From Octopus sinensis (lineage: Eukaryota), in contig NC_042998.1 in NCBI RefSeq assembly GCF_006345805.1, positions 138,570,001-138,634,000 on the forward strand: a DNA stretch of 64,000 nt, in the 5' to 3' direction. The position numbers and the translations under genes are program-made. Under the pieces are notes generated by a model, which worked only from the letters and a program-made list of their open reading frames with translations, had not been told where the DNA came from and did no database searches. How positions within the stretch are numbered: the first letter of the stretch is position 1; every line of letters begins with the position of its first letter. Of this stretch, positions 1 to 13,118 are shown piece by piece.

Positions 1-20
1 GGAGCTACAAGGCTACTCAC

Positions 21-189
21 ATTATAGAAAAGAGGATGGTGGGAACCAGAATAAAGGTGTAAACACATAAAATTGTCATTGAAACTCTTTCTTCTAAGTC
101 TTTTTTGGCCCATCTCTCTACAAGGAACAGGCTTGGATAAAGTGAGTAAACAGCTTGCTTGTTAAAAGTTGCTGATGTCATTGATATAG
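21..189 (-). CDS. Putative 169-nt coding exon of an unidentified membrane protein (not GALT-like)
   Basis: Strong acceptor (tttttttttctctctctgccacgtctgcag) and donor (gtgagt). The only open frame is phase 1: xISMTSATFNKQAVYSLYPSLFLVERWAKKDLEERVSMTILCVYTFILVPTILFSI, ending in a 21-aa hydrophobic stretch. No homolog recognised. Confidence 0.45.
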
Positions 190-996
190 CTGCAGACGTG
201 GCAGAGAGAGAAAAAAAAACACAGTACACATGTTGCTTTATAGTTGTAATATATTGATTAATCAGCTTTTACTAATAAACTTTATAACCTTCCTTTTGGA
301 TGTAATCTAGAATCTATGTGTGTATTGTGTAGCAGGAACTGTTCCAGATGTGTGAGCAATCCTCCAATGTGGTTCTTTGTTTTAAAGTAAATAAACAGTT
401 GATCAGGATTTGTCACCTTTTCTTTTTTAATTAATGGATCTGGAAGAAGTGGCAGTGGCCATCCATGACCTTTGCAGGCCATCCAAGACTATGAGACTGG
501 TGCCATTAATCTTCTTCTGGAACCATTGTAAGTGAAACACCTTTGAGAAAGATATAAGCAGGAAGAGAATCCCAAAGAGCCAATTTTCTAGGCAAGAACT
601 GGATATACTGGTATGTTTGAGGTAAATATGGGTCATTTTAGTCAATGATATGTAGCTGAGGACTTCATAAGAGATTATAAAAATATGAGGACCAATTTTT
701 GCAAGTTTTGAAAGCTTTATTTGTGAGATTCATGCACAGGAAAGATTAGTGCAATGTTGCTTCCACTGTTTTTGTATTGTTAACAAATACAAATCGTGTG
801 TAGCAAGTCATAAAAGGCAGCAATATGATGTAATGGTCGTTTGCCTGAACAACCATAAGTGTTGGTAATCCCATTGGTTAAAAATACTGCCCATATACGA
901 ATTCTAAAGTTTTGTCAAAGAAATCTTTCACGAAATACGGTTCTTAGAATTTGGATATGAGCAATTATAAAAAACCTGATTTTTGGGCAATTATTT

Positions 997-1116
997 AGTG
1001 ATCGCAGGATGTTACTAAACTCCACGACACTCACAATAGTGATCGTAGGATGTTACTAAACTCCACAACACTAACAACAGCGATCATTGGATGTTACTAA
1101 ACTCCACGACACTCAC
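997..1116. repeat. 41-bp minisatellite, 3 copies
   Basis: Unit AGTGATCGCAGGATGTTACTAAACTCCACGACACTCACAAT at 997, 1038 and 1079, with no spacers. Confidence 0.9.
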
Positions 1117-1799
1117 TCCTTGAGATATTGGCTATTTTTTATGCCATGTCTGACTTAAATCCAACAAGACTTATTTGAATTGTTGCGAACTCTAGTAGTT
1201 AGTCTGAAGGATTAGCGAGTGTGAATTTTTAAGTCGTAACTCTCTACGACAAAATGACTTTATTTTCCAATTGTACTATAAATGCTAAGTGTACATAAAT
1301 AAACTAATGTAGTAATTATTTTCTCTTTCTATACATTCTTCAACTTGTTAATGAAATTTATTTCTGCAATTATGAAACTGTGTATTTTTTTTATAGTGGT
1401 TAAAAGGACATGAATTTATTTATCTTCAATATATATGTGCACATAAAATGTATATATTTCTCACTATGGCATTTATGTAGCTGGAGTCAGGATTTATGTA
1501 TAATGATAACACTTACAAGTAAGTTATAAGTGACGTGTTTATCAATATATATTCCTACTTCAAAAGTAAAATATATTTATTATCTATTTCCAAATAGGAA
1601 ACATATAAAAGTACTGTTATACAAACAGTAACCAAACTGCTTATAAAACATGTAACCAGTGGACAATGTTTCCAAGATCTCTATCATTCTCTCTTTCAGA
1701 TATCCAATTGTGCCAAAACAGTTATTTTCAAATCAAGTCACAAAAGCCTGACTAAAGATACAGAAATAGGTGTACTGCAGTAGAGGAGATACACAGCTA

Positions 1800-2850
1800 C
1801 CTCAGTTGTAGAGAGAGAAAAGAGGGTGGTAAGATGGTGAAGATGTTATAAGGCATACACCTAAGTTACAAAGAGATATATATAGTAAAGTGCACCAAGG
1901 ATTGTATAAGGTAGGTAAGTTCGCAAGACAGTGGAAAGGGTGGTAGATACAGGGGAGGGAGGAATGGAGTGAGTGGACACAAACAGAAGGAGAGGTATTA
2001 GGAGAATCTGTTGTTGGGAAGACATTTAACATGGACACATTGTGTATAAGTAGGTTTCCAAGGGTGCAAAGAGAGATTGGAAGACAGAAGGGGAGGAAAT
2101 ACAAGTGGTGAACTCAGGTGGGGAGATGTGGAGGTGCTAGTTGTGGGGAGAGGTTTTATTTAACTTGACAGGTTTTCTTCATCACAGCAAATTGCCAATT
2201 GTCTTGGTCCTTCGTCATCTCTTCTGTGAGACTCAACATCTGAAGATCATTTTACACTATTTTGTCCTCCTCCACAGGTTCCCCCCCATTCAGAGATCAG
2301 CTATCACATATTTTCAGCATTCACAGCTCATTTCACTACAATGTAGGATAACTGTTCATACATAGGCATATAATCCATTTTTCATTCTGAGGAGGAGGGT
2401 CTTTGTTACCAACAAAGGTGAAGGAGTGAGGTCTGAACTTTGCCCAGATTACAACTACACTTTCAGAGCATCTTCCTCCACTGCTAATTTGGCCACCTAG
2501 GTAAGAGAAACTGTCTACTACCTCTAAAGATCCTACAGAGCAGTTGAGGAAATCTATTTACAGTGACTGTTAAGTAATTATTGCTCCTGCACATCTGCCA
2601 CACACTGTTAACCGTCCTCTGATTCCACTACCCCTCTTATGCTTACACTGAGTACACTTTATGGAATTTCTACCGAAACCATTTCTACATACTGAGCAAG
2701 GCCATTTCCCTGAAGAGATTAGTAATTTGTTTGCTTTCCTGCTTACTAGTACTTTGGTCTTTGCTTAATTAACTCTAAGGCCCCTTGATTCTATACTTGA
2801 AATTTCTTCTCTCAGATGTAAATGAATGAACAAATAATCTATATTTTTCC
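1800..2850 (-). mobile_element. Old, heavily decayed RTE LINE 3' fragment
   Basis: 2400-2500 and 2690-2810 align by eye to 50330-50470 and 50660-50790 (e.g. ctttgttaccaacaaaggt versus ttttgtcaccagcagaggt; gagcaaggccattt versus gagcagggccatct). Confidence 0.55.
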
Positions 2851-3855
2851 TTACGATGATAATGACCTCGCCACCAAAAGAAATATGTCAGTTCTTACAT
2901 TTTATCTCCATATCATCATCATTATTTAATGTTCATCTAGCAGGCTGGTAGTGGATGGAAAGTTCAACAAGGTACAACAAGCCAGAGACTGCAGTGAGCC
3001 TTAACAGGTTTCTATTGCTAGATGTGTGTGTGTACACACACACACACACACATATATTACAAAGCTTTTCTGTGGGTTAAATAAGAATCTAAACACATAC
3101 TTTCTATTTTAAAGCCAGCTGTCAACTGCAAAGAATAATGGCTACCATGCTTTTGCTAACTGTTTTAAGTGTTTATGCAGTTGCAAGCAGACATAGAGAC
3201 ACACTCTTGACTCTCCCATCCTTTGACCCAGTGATACATGCTGGATGTGATAGTTGGAGGGAGAAAAAGCTGTACCAACACTCAGCTGATACTCCTTTCC
3301 ATCAAATAGAGCAACATGAAATTAAGTGCCTTGCTCAAGGACACAATGCATTTCCCAGCCCTGGATTGAACCTACATCATTATGATCATGAGCCAAATAT
3401 TCTAACCACTAGACCACACTCCTTCACGTCTATGCTACTACTGTACAGATAAAGAGGGAAGGAGTGTCCTGATGGACCATTTTATGGTTTGTTTAATACT
3501 CCTCAGACATGTCACACATAAAGCATTCAGAAACTATGTAAGGCAGTCATAAATTAGATTTTGTAATATCTAAATGTATTCGAATTTTTTTTTCAGATTT
3601 ATGCTGTGTGGGGCATAAAATTTTATTTAGTTAATGATGAACCATAAAAAGCACAACTATGCAAACTAAACTATCTACAATGGTGCCAGATAGAATGTAT
3701 TTACATTCTTATTTCAACCATAGTAAGATTTTGTAGATTCCAGTCCCATTGCATGGTACTATGGGCAAGTGCCTTCTACTATGAAAATGATGATAATGTG
3801 TATACACTGAATGAACAAATGTGAGTGAGTTGGTATTTCCTTGTCTACATGTATT

Positions 3856-4287
3856 GGATCTTTTCGGTTTGAACGGCAGTTTTTTCTAGCAGTGTCATAT
3901 GAAATTGTCATCCATAATTATGACCCTAGTATCGGTCTATTGCATTTCAATCTGTTTTAAGGTTAGAGTTAGTTAGGGTTAGTAAGGGTTAGGGTTAGGG
4001 TTAGGGGTGGGGGGAATGGTATCTTTTTTTTCTTCACAAATGTAAATAAACCCAATCTGTTTCTTAAACAAGGGACATATTCATACGGCACAGAATGTTT
4101 TTTTTACCTCAATAGAAGAAAAAAATTGAAGACAAAAAACAACAAATATCTTACAAACTATAGAATTTTCTCAATAAAGCCAAGAGAAAAAGATGTTTTA
4201 TAAACACATTCTACCAGTATATGAAGTTTAATTTTTTTAGCTACCTAGAAATTATGTTAAAAACTGCCGTTCAAACCAAAAAGATCC
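3856..4287. mobile_element. 432-bp MITE with 29-bp TIRs, 8-bp TSD and an internal TTAGGG array
   Basis: TIR GGATCTTTT(C/T)GGTTTGAACGGCAGTTTTT. The TSD CATGTATT occurs at 3848-3855 and 4288-4295. A degenerate (TTAGGG)n lies at 3961-4006. Confidence 0.9.
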
Positions 4288-5327
4288 CATGTATTCGTTC
4301 ACTAATTATCAACAATGGCTTCACTAGTGGTGTCATTCACTCACAGTCCACCATGAAAGCAAATCTGAGCTTCCTATCACATCTTGACATATTGTGAGAT
4401 CTTTCAAAAACAAAAAGGCTTGCTTATCTGTTGTTTGTTTCCAATTCTCCAAATAAATGTCTGTTTGTTGTTTGATAGACTGGGAGATTATTAACTTAGT
4501 TGGAAATAAGTGGAGGGTGATGACAGGAAGAGCATCCAGTCATAGAAACCTTTGCTCCAACATACTCTCATCTGACCCTTGCAAGCATAGAAAAAAGTAG
4601 ACGTGAAAATGATGATGATGATGCATTTATATTTCAACTAGTTTCATTGAGACATGTATGTTACTGGAAGATGATGAAATACTTGAAGTAATATCAATCA
4701 CAAGTTTCCAGCTTCAGCCCATCAGGCTTCTCTATGCACATATTGTCTACACTTAAGCACAAATACAAGCATAACTTATTTCATTCAATATGTGCATTGT
4801 AATTGTTCTTTATACTTAACCCTTTTCATACCAACTCACCCGAGACTGTACTTGTTTCTATTATATCACAATCTTCCTGTTTTAAAGTGATCCATATTGA
4901 AACCTTTCCGAAAGAATGTCATTATATCTAACCCTTTTGATACCAGCTCACCTGAGACTGGCCCTGCTTGTATGATACAATCTTCCTGTTTTAAAGTGAT
5001 CTAAATTAAAATCTTACATGAAATATTTCATGTTAGTTTATGTTCCAAACAAGAAGTAGGTATTGACAAGGTAATTTTACTAAATTCTTCATTATTTAAA
5101 AAAATTAACTGAAACAAAGGCAGTGCATTTTGACAGAAATATGTAACAAAACGGATAAATAAAGTGTGGTCAGTAATAGTGAAGTTTCAAAAATGTAATA
5201 CTAATAAATCCATTTTTCATGCAAGTATAGTGATTTTGCCAAATTTTTGAAGCAACTATTTTTGCAGCAGGATGCCTTTCATTCATAATGTACATAGGGG
5301 TACTTGTTACCAGCTAAATGATATATA

Positions 5328-5534
5328 AGAGGGTACTGAAAAGTTCCTGGTTTTGGGTAAAAGAAAATACAGGAAAATTATGTTTTTATTCAACATATTC
5401 CCCTCTCAGATTCATACACTTATTGCAGTGGTCCTTCATTTTTTTCTAAGCCCTGTAAAAGAACTTGGAAGGTCAGGCCTCCAAACAGGCTTTTTGTGAT
5501 ACCCTTAAAGCTAGGAACTTTTCAGCACCCCTTC
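5328..5534. mobile_element. Mariner-type MITE (about 207 bp)
   Basis: Terminal inverted repeats AAGAGGGTACTGAAAAGTTCCT / AGGAACTTTTCAGCACCCCTT with TA at the left end. The TIR resembles the mariner TIR at 63287. Confidence 0.7.
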
Positions 5535-5946
5535 ACACAAACAAACCAAGTATTTCTCATGTTCATCACAAAATGACAACAGTGGTAAGGAAGACAGTCT
5601 ACTTAATCTGCCACAAAACTTATATGAGGAGGGTGAAGAATGCTGATAAAAATTCTTGTAGAATTAGATAAAGACCAAACCCAAAATCTTTATTTATAAA
5701 TGCAAAGCTTTGACATTTCAAATGAAATGACCATGTTTTATGGCATAAAAGATGCATGGACATATTAGATGCAACCCAATTTCAGCAGCACATATTCAAG
5801 AAAAAGAGTGTCAGGGACAAAAGTAGCTTATGAAAGGCCCAACTTCACAGATACGACTTGAGGTGATTTTTTTTGAGGCATTTTTATGGAAACACATGTC
5901 ATATATTCCACTGAATACAATAAGCAAAAATTGTAGACTAATTTAC

Positions 5947-6022
5947 CTGGTTCAGGACCTTCAGTTAACAAAGCAGGAAAATCATTTTGGAATACAAATG
6001 TTCCTTTATAATCAGGATTTAC
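5947..6022 (-). CDS. GALT: GALT coding exon 3
   Basis: Acceptor tatatgtag, donor gtaaat. The 76 nt encode VNPDYKGTFVFQNDFPALLTEGPEP(+G), matching human [25 protein letters not shown]. Phase 0 start and phase 1 end, same 76-nt size as human exon 3. Confidence 0.95.
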
Positions 6023-6418
6023 CTACATATACAGAAAACAAATCAATAATAGTCAGTGGGCATAATAAACATGGCTACATACAAATCATTTAAAATTATT
6101 GGGGTACATTAGGTCAAGACTAAAGAATATATTTATGGCTTAGATCTCAGCTCTTTATTTATTTATAAATTGCCTTCCTCCTTCCTTTTAAGTCAATAAG
6201 AGCAACATTAATCTTCTGATCAAAAGATAGTATCTTAATAGAAGTCATTAAAGTAATAGGCTTCCTTGTATTTCGCAAATGATCTAATAATATTTTAATA
6301 TTCATTTCCTCAAGGCAGCAAGCTGGCAGAAACGTTAGCAGTATTTCACCTGTCCTTACATTCTGAGTTCAAATTCCGCCATGGTCAACTTTGCCTTACA
6401 TCATTTTTTGGGTCGATA

Positions 6419-7008
6419 AATTAAGTACCAGTTGTGTACTGAGGTCGATCTAATCGACTGGCCCCCCCTCCCCCAAAATTCCGGGCCTTGTGCCTAGAGT
6501 AGAAAAGAATATTCATTTCTTTAGTCTGGTGTATGAGCGTGAATAAGTATGTGAGAGAGAGAGAGAGAGAGCGAGAGAAAGTGACAGAGAGAATGTGTGT
6601 GTCTGTCTGTCTGTCTGCACACACAAGTATATATGTAGCAGTATGACTGAAATGTATTCGGATTAGCTGAGTAATTTTCTCATCATAGGTTATGACTCTG
6701 CTTCAGGATTTCTCGTCCCACATCCTCCTCTTATAGCAGATCTCCCTTTCACATTTTACTCACACAGTGTGTTTATTTATTAAATAATTGTCATCCTAGT
6801 TTTATCAGATCAGTCAAAGTCCTTATAAGTACCTCTGAAAAATTCTAGTGAATAAGTTTCTACCAAATGAATTAAGTACTGGTTGTGTACTGGGGTCGAC
6901 CTAATTGACTGGCCCCCCTCCCCCAAAAATTTCATGCCTTGTGCCTAGAATAGAAAAGAATATTCACTTCCTCATTCTGACTTATGAGTGTGAATAAGTG
7001 TGTGAGTG

Positions 7009-7048
<40 letters not shown>

Positions 7049-7336
7049 TGTGTGTGTGTGTGTGTGTGTGCCTGTGTGCGCGTGCACAAGTGTATATGTA
7101 GCAGTATGACTGAAATGTATTCTGATTAGCTGAGAAATTTTCTCATCAGAGTTGATTTCATTAGATTATGACTCTGCTTCAAGGCTTCTTGTACCACATC
7201 CTCTTCTTATAGCAAATCTCCCCTTCACAATTTTATCACACAGTGTATTTGTTTATCAAATAATTGTCATCCTAGTTTTATCAGACCAATCTAAGTCCTT
7301 ACAAACATCTCTGAAAAATTCCAGAGAATAAGTTTT
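6419..7336. repeat. Older tandem duplication of about 450-470 bp (SINE B tail, GA/GT microsatellite and unique DNA)
   Basis: 6419-6857 and 6869-7336 share the same order of blocks with scattered substitutions. Confidence 0.9.
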
Positions 7337-7584
7337 GTAATGGATAACACAAGTTGTCTGCACAAGCATAGTGAATTATCATCATCAACATCCACTTTTC
7401 TATGGGTCAGATAGATTTTTTCTTGAGATAAATTTTCTACAGCCTGATGTCATTCCTGTTATCAAGCCTCACCTGTTTCCAAATAAGGTAATATTTCCCC
7501 ATAACTAGACGTCTTCATAGAAGATTGGGAATGAAGGATACTGCTTGTATGATGGACACTTTCATTTCAAACTATCACATGATT

Positions 7585-7990
7585 TGCAGGATGTCCTCAT
7601 CGAGCTCCACAGATCTTCCAGGATGAGGCTCATCTTCTAGGCTGTAGTTTCCAGCTCGGAATTTCTGGAATCACCACTGACACTGGCTTATGCTTATTGT
7701 CTGACCCCTATATACTGCATTAATATTCCTTGCATTTTCTGTTGTGTTATTGCCTTTATTGAACTCATAAAGTAAAATATGCCAAATATGCCCCTTTGTC
7801 ACTTCCATTATGTCTTTGAAAAAATAACTGTTAAAATCGAACTGCACTCTTCAAAACTTGCACTAAGAATAAGGACAAGGTAAAATTATTACCTGCTTTT
7901 ATAGCAAGTTGATACAGGTAGTTTATCCCTTCCCCCTCTGACTTTTAGTTCTTGCAATTGAAAAAGATGCATTATTTATATAGAAGATAA
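7585..7990 (-). mobile_element. Mariner 5' fragment (transposase N-terminal HTH)
   Basis: ATG at 7808-7806: MEVTKGHIWHILLYEFNKGNNTTENARNINAVY...QW*FQKFRAGNYSLEDEPHPGRSVELDEDILQ. Confidence 0.75.
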
Positions 7991-8007
7991 GAGGAGTTTA
8001 TGTCAAG

Positions 8008-8077
<70 letters not shown>

Positions 8078-8551
8078 ACATATATATATATATTAAGCAT
8101 ATGAATATAGCTATTTTTAATTAAGATCTCTAATAGTCTCTAGATAATTTTTGATATTTCTTGCGGCACACCTAAAAGCCTCGGTTTATTGTACTCAATA
8201 CAAGAAAAGCCTTTGATCAACTGTTGTCAGTAATTATTTTTCTACAGATTTGACTTGGTGACATCATCTAAATCATTCATTCTATGAACTCTGTTGCCTT
8301 CTCTCTGCATGTTATCTCCATAATTTTCTCATTCATCTTTATCAATAATACATTTTCACCATAAACCTTATCACACTCCTATGTAGATGCCAAACTCCGT
8401 TTTCCCTCCACTGAATTACCAGTAAGACTTACCAGATATTTACATTTGAGAATAGGCATGGATGTGTGGTCAAGAAGCTTGAATCCTAACTGTATCAGAA
8501 TGGGTTCAATCCTACTGAGTGGCACCTTGGGTCAAACCCTTGCAAGTAAAG

Positions 8552-8686
<135 letters not shown>

Positions 8687-11600
8687 AGAAATGAGTCTGG
8701 TTATGGGGAAATATTACCTAATTTGTAAACAGGTGAAGGATGGTGACAGGAAGGGTATCAAACTGTAGAAAAAGTCTGCCCCAACAAATTCTGTCAGGTC
8801 CATTTAAGCATAGAAAAGTCAACATTAAATGATGATGAAAATAATGAACAACCTACACTGTTTATTTTTTTTTTCTCCATTAAGAAAAATGTTTAAATAT
8901 AATAATGATTAATGTTTTTAAAATGGAAATGTTACTTATTTCAAAGAAACCCTTAAAGAAGTAATATTTGCATTTTAAAAACATTAATCATAACAAGATC
9001 CTGAAGTCTGTTAAGTGAGAAGTGATACTGTCACTTCTTACTCAATAGGCTATAAGATCCTGTTGACTACATCAGAGAGAACTCATCACATCATACAATG
9101 CCCCACCCCTGCTAATAATTACATCACATTCTCAGTATAATCAAAACTGCACAAACTGACTTGATGTTTAGAGCCAAGAAATACTTTGATGCTACTGAAT
9201 CAAAAAAGGAACCTTTAAATATTTGCTCAATCTACTAATGTAACAATTTTTTTTCTTTTTGTCTTTTCTCAATAAGTGTTATTTCTCATTTCCTTCTATC
9301 TAGAAATCAAAGGAAATGACAAGTATTCCCTTCAAACTTTGCACTTGTGACCTGGATATCAATGTCATGAAAGTGACAGATTTTTCATTATATTTCAGAT
9401 AAATTCAGCACTGAGTTGCTTAAGCAGAAATATCATTATAGTAAATATTCTGCTCAATACTGCAGATTTGCTTGTCAGTTGCTTGACCTTAAATACTTGA
9501 GCATGTCCCTTAGTGGTTGACAATATGTGTATCTCTGATCATGAGCAGGAGTAGTGGGGGAACATCAGTCATGTGTAGAAAGAGATTCTTCAGAGTTTGA
9601 ATAAATGTAACCAAAGCAAAAGTTCGAAGGAAATATTAGTCATTTTCCATACTTTCTAGGAATAAGCAAACAGGAAGTAACAGCTGCTACCAAAGGATAA
9701 AGATCCTGTTACACAGTGTAATAGCAGCTAAATAGCCCTCAAATCACACCCTATCATCATCAATCATCATTGTCATCATCATTGTTTAATACTTGTTTTC
9801 TATGCATGGGTTGGATAGTTCAGGAGCTGATAAGCCAGAAGACTGCACCAAGCTTCACTGTCTGATTTGGCATGGATTTCTATGGCTGGATGTCCTTCCT
9901 AATACCCACCACTTTATAGTGTACTGGGTGGTTTTTACATAGCACCAGCACAAGTGTGGTTACCAAGTAACTTGCCAAATAAGACCCCTCAACTGAAAAG
10001 GTGGGCAGTATTACTGAGGGAGGTGGCTACAAGCCAGATTATGAGAGGTTAAAATATGATAGAGGGGCAGAAATAGATGTCTTGCAGTAAAGGAGATGCA
10101 TGGCTACCCCAGTTGCAAAAGGTGAGAAGTTAGTGAAGAAATGTCAGTGTACCCAAAAAAAAGGAATGCATTAAATAATGTATACTAGCATATGAAAAAA
10201 AAGCAAACACAGAATGGCATTGATTACAAGACTTTCAGATCTTTTCTGTTTGGCTTCACTTTATGAAATTTTAAAATGAAGTGAAAATTTTCAGATTTAG
10301 TGTACTAATGTAATTTTTCACACTGAATCTGATGTTCAGATTCAATTGTTCCAGAAAAATTTTAGGAAAATGTTACAGAGGTTTAAAGTTTGATAAGTTT
10401 TACCCAATGAGAAAACAGGATTTGGAAGCTAGCATTTTGTTTGTGATGACAACATTACAACAACTATCAATATTAGGATGACAAGACATTTAATGATGGA
10501 AGTTTTAATAAGTTTTCATGAATTAAATCATGTGAATTTTGAAATAGGTATTGCAACAAAACAAACTGCAGTTCATTTCATGTAAACAATACATGTTTTG
10601 TAGCAAAAACATTTAATTATAGGGGGAAAAAAACTATAGCTCTGACAGCAGCAGATAGGTAAACTATGTGTGAATGGGACAGGGCAACAACAAATGAGTA
10701 AGCAGACTAATACAACAGCTTGGGCTGTTACTATAAAAACATGCACCAATATGTCTGTGGCTTTCAGTTGGCTAAAATTAACCAAAATTTATAAACTTTA
10801 AAAGCTATTAGCTTTAATATTTACTAATTTATGGGGGAAATGAACTTCATTTCCATAATTAGCATACAAAACTATATAAATACACCAAATTTGAAATCAA
10901 TTGGAAGAAAATTGAAGGAATTGAGAAATGAAAGCTGAACAGAAAAGATCCAGGCTTTCTAATCAAGACAGACCCCAAACTAAATAACTATCTCTTCACA
11001 ACATCTTAACAGAATTGCAAGCTGTAGTTCAGGAGTATGAACTAAAGTCACTTGTGCAACTTGTTAATATTCAACAACAATATTTGTTGTTATTTTTGGA
11101 ACAAAAAGCTGTCAGTACAGTTGAAAAAACTATTTTTAAAATAACATTCATTTCTCAACCAACATGCAGTATTCTATAAATATGAATTACAAAATTTACT
11201 GAGGGGAATAAAGAAAATTTCAATGAGCCTTATGTTGTAGACTGTAAAGAACAATCAAAACCAGATCAACAGACATTGATTTAAAATTTCCTAAGAATGT
11301 CTGAAAACATTCTTAAAGTTTCTAAATCTTTCCAAAATCTACTGCAAGACACCTTTTTCTGTCTCTCATCACCTGGCATAAAGCCACCTCCCTCAATACT
11401 ACTCCCACTTCATTTGAGAGATTGAGGTCTTGTCTTGCAAGCTACTTGGTGACTTCACTAGAGCCAAAGCAATGTAAAAAGCACCCAGTACACACTGCAA
11501 AATGGTTGATGTTAAGGACATCCAACCATAGAAACCATGCCAAAACAGACATTAGCATTTAGTGCAGTTCTCTGGCTCACCAGCTCCTGTTAAAACAGCC

Positions 11601-12824
11601 AACCTATGCTTTTATGGAAAATGGAAGATGTTAAATGATGATATTAATGATAATGTCTCATTATCAGGTGTCTTTTTTCCTGGATATGTACTTAGTACCA
11701 AACTGAATTGGAAGTAGGAACTAAAAATAATCCAAAACTAATTCCAAGCAAGTAATACATATAATCACAGCTAACTACAGATTTACATGACAAGCAGTTC
11801 TTATTGTATAATGGAGATCAAACATAGAAAGAAAAACATAAGTGGCACATGCTTATGATTTCCTTATATAATAAGAGATTAAGTAGACGGAAATACAGTA
11901 AGGTTGTCTGCAACATACTCACTTAAGAGCTGCTGGCCATCTTACTTGGATTACAAGAGTTCTTGCTTGCAAATAGAAAATTAATTAATTTCTAATTATA
12001 TCTTAACTATGTTAAGGGAGCCAGCAAAATATCATGCTGGTGTGCTTTACAGCAGGCACAGGAATGTCAGCCTAAAGCACAATGAAAAGAAAAACTAATA
12101 GTCTCCCATCCAAATTTACAACAAGAAATGTTTCAGTCTCTAATACTCTAATATGCCAAAGCACAAGCATGGCTGTGTGGTTAACAAGTTTCCTTTGGAA
12201 TCACCTGACTAGAAATTCAGTCCCGCACCATGAATGCTATTCTTTACTCTAGCCACAGATCAACCAATACCACGTGTGTGTGTGTATGTGTGTGTGCGTG
12301 CACCCGTATGTATGTATAATGTATGTAATGTACATGTGTGCCTCTGTGTTTGTATGAGTGAATTCACTTGTCTTTAGATGTGTTTGCTGACAGTAAACAA
12401 ATGGCTTATTCAAACAGTGTTGTTTCTCTCCAATCTGGACTGTTACTGTTCAGTAGACAGGGGATTATTACCTTACTTGGAAACAGGTAATGGTTGAGAT
12501 CAGGAGCAGTACTTAGACAAAATTCTGCAACAATGTAGTCTTGTCCAACCCATGCAAGCATGGAAAAGTAAATATTAAAATGATGAAGACAATGATGACG
12601 ATAAAAGCATCCAGAGAGTCATATCACCACTATCATTATCATTTAATGTCCATTTTCCATGACAGCATGGGTTGGATGGTTTGACAGGATTGGGCAAACC
12701 ACAGGGCTGTGCTAAGCTCCAGGGTCAGCATTAACATATTTTCTATGGCTGGATGTCCTACCGAATACCAACCACCATACAGTGTGTATTTTCATGCTAA
12801 CAGCACCAGTGAAATCACCAATTA

Positions 12825-13118
<294 letters not shown>

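Noticed and set aside
282-650. Overlapping minus-strand ORFs (66 and 72 aa)
   Set aside because: There are no convincing splice sites or homology. The plus strand has faint KWQW...AGH remnants suggesting an old LINE fragment, too weak to call.
997-1116. Repeat resembling a CRISPR array (also the 62-bp repeats at 61811)
   Set aside because: The units are contiguous with no unique spacers, there are no cas genes, and the context is eukaryotic.
3961-4006. TTAGGG array as a true telomere or fusion scar
   Set aside because: It is short, degenerate and enclosed by the TIRs and TSD of a MITE.
5830-5946. MCFHK-like peptide just downstream of GALT exon 3, resembling GALT VMCFHP
   Set aside because: It would need a 36-nt intron, and the surrounding frame has no further GALT similarity.
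10140-11300. Stretch that reads like a decayed coding sequence or transposase
   Set aside because: I could not read any diagnostic motif, so it is left unassigned.
11923-11965. Possible 43-nt minus-strand exon (ARTLVIQVRWPAAL) with a GTGAGT donor in GALT intron 2
   Set aside because: The AAG acceptor is weak, the peptide has no recognisable homology, and it would disrupt the GALT frame.
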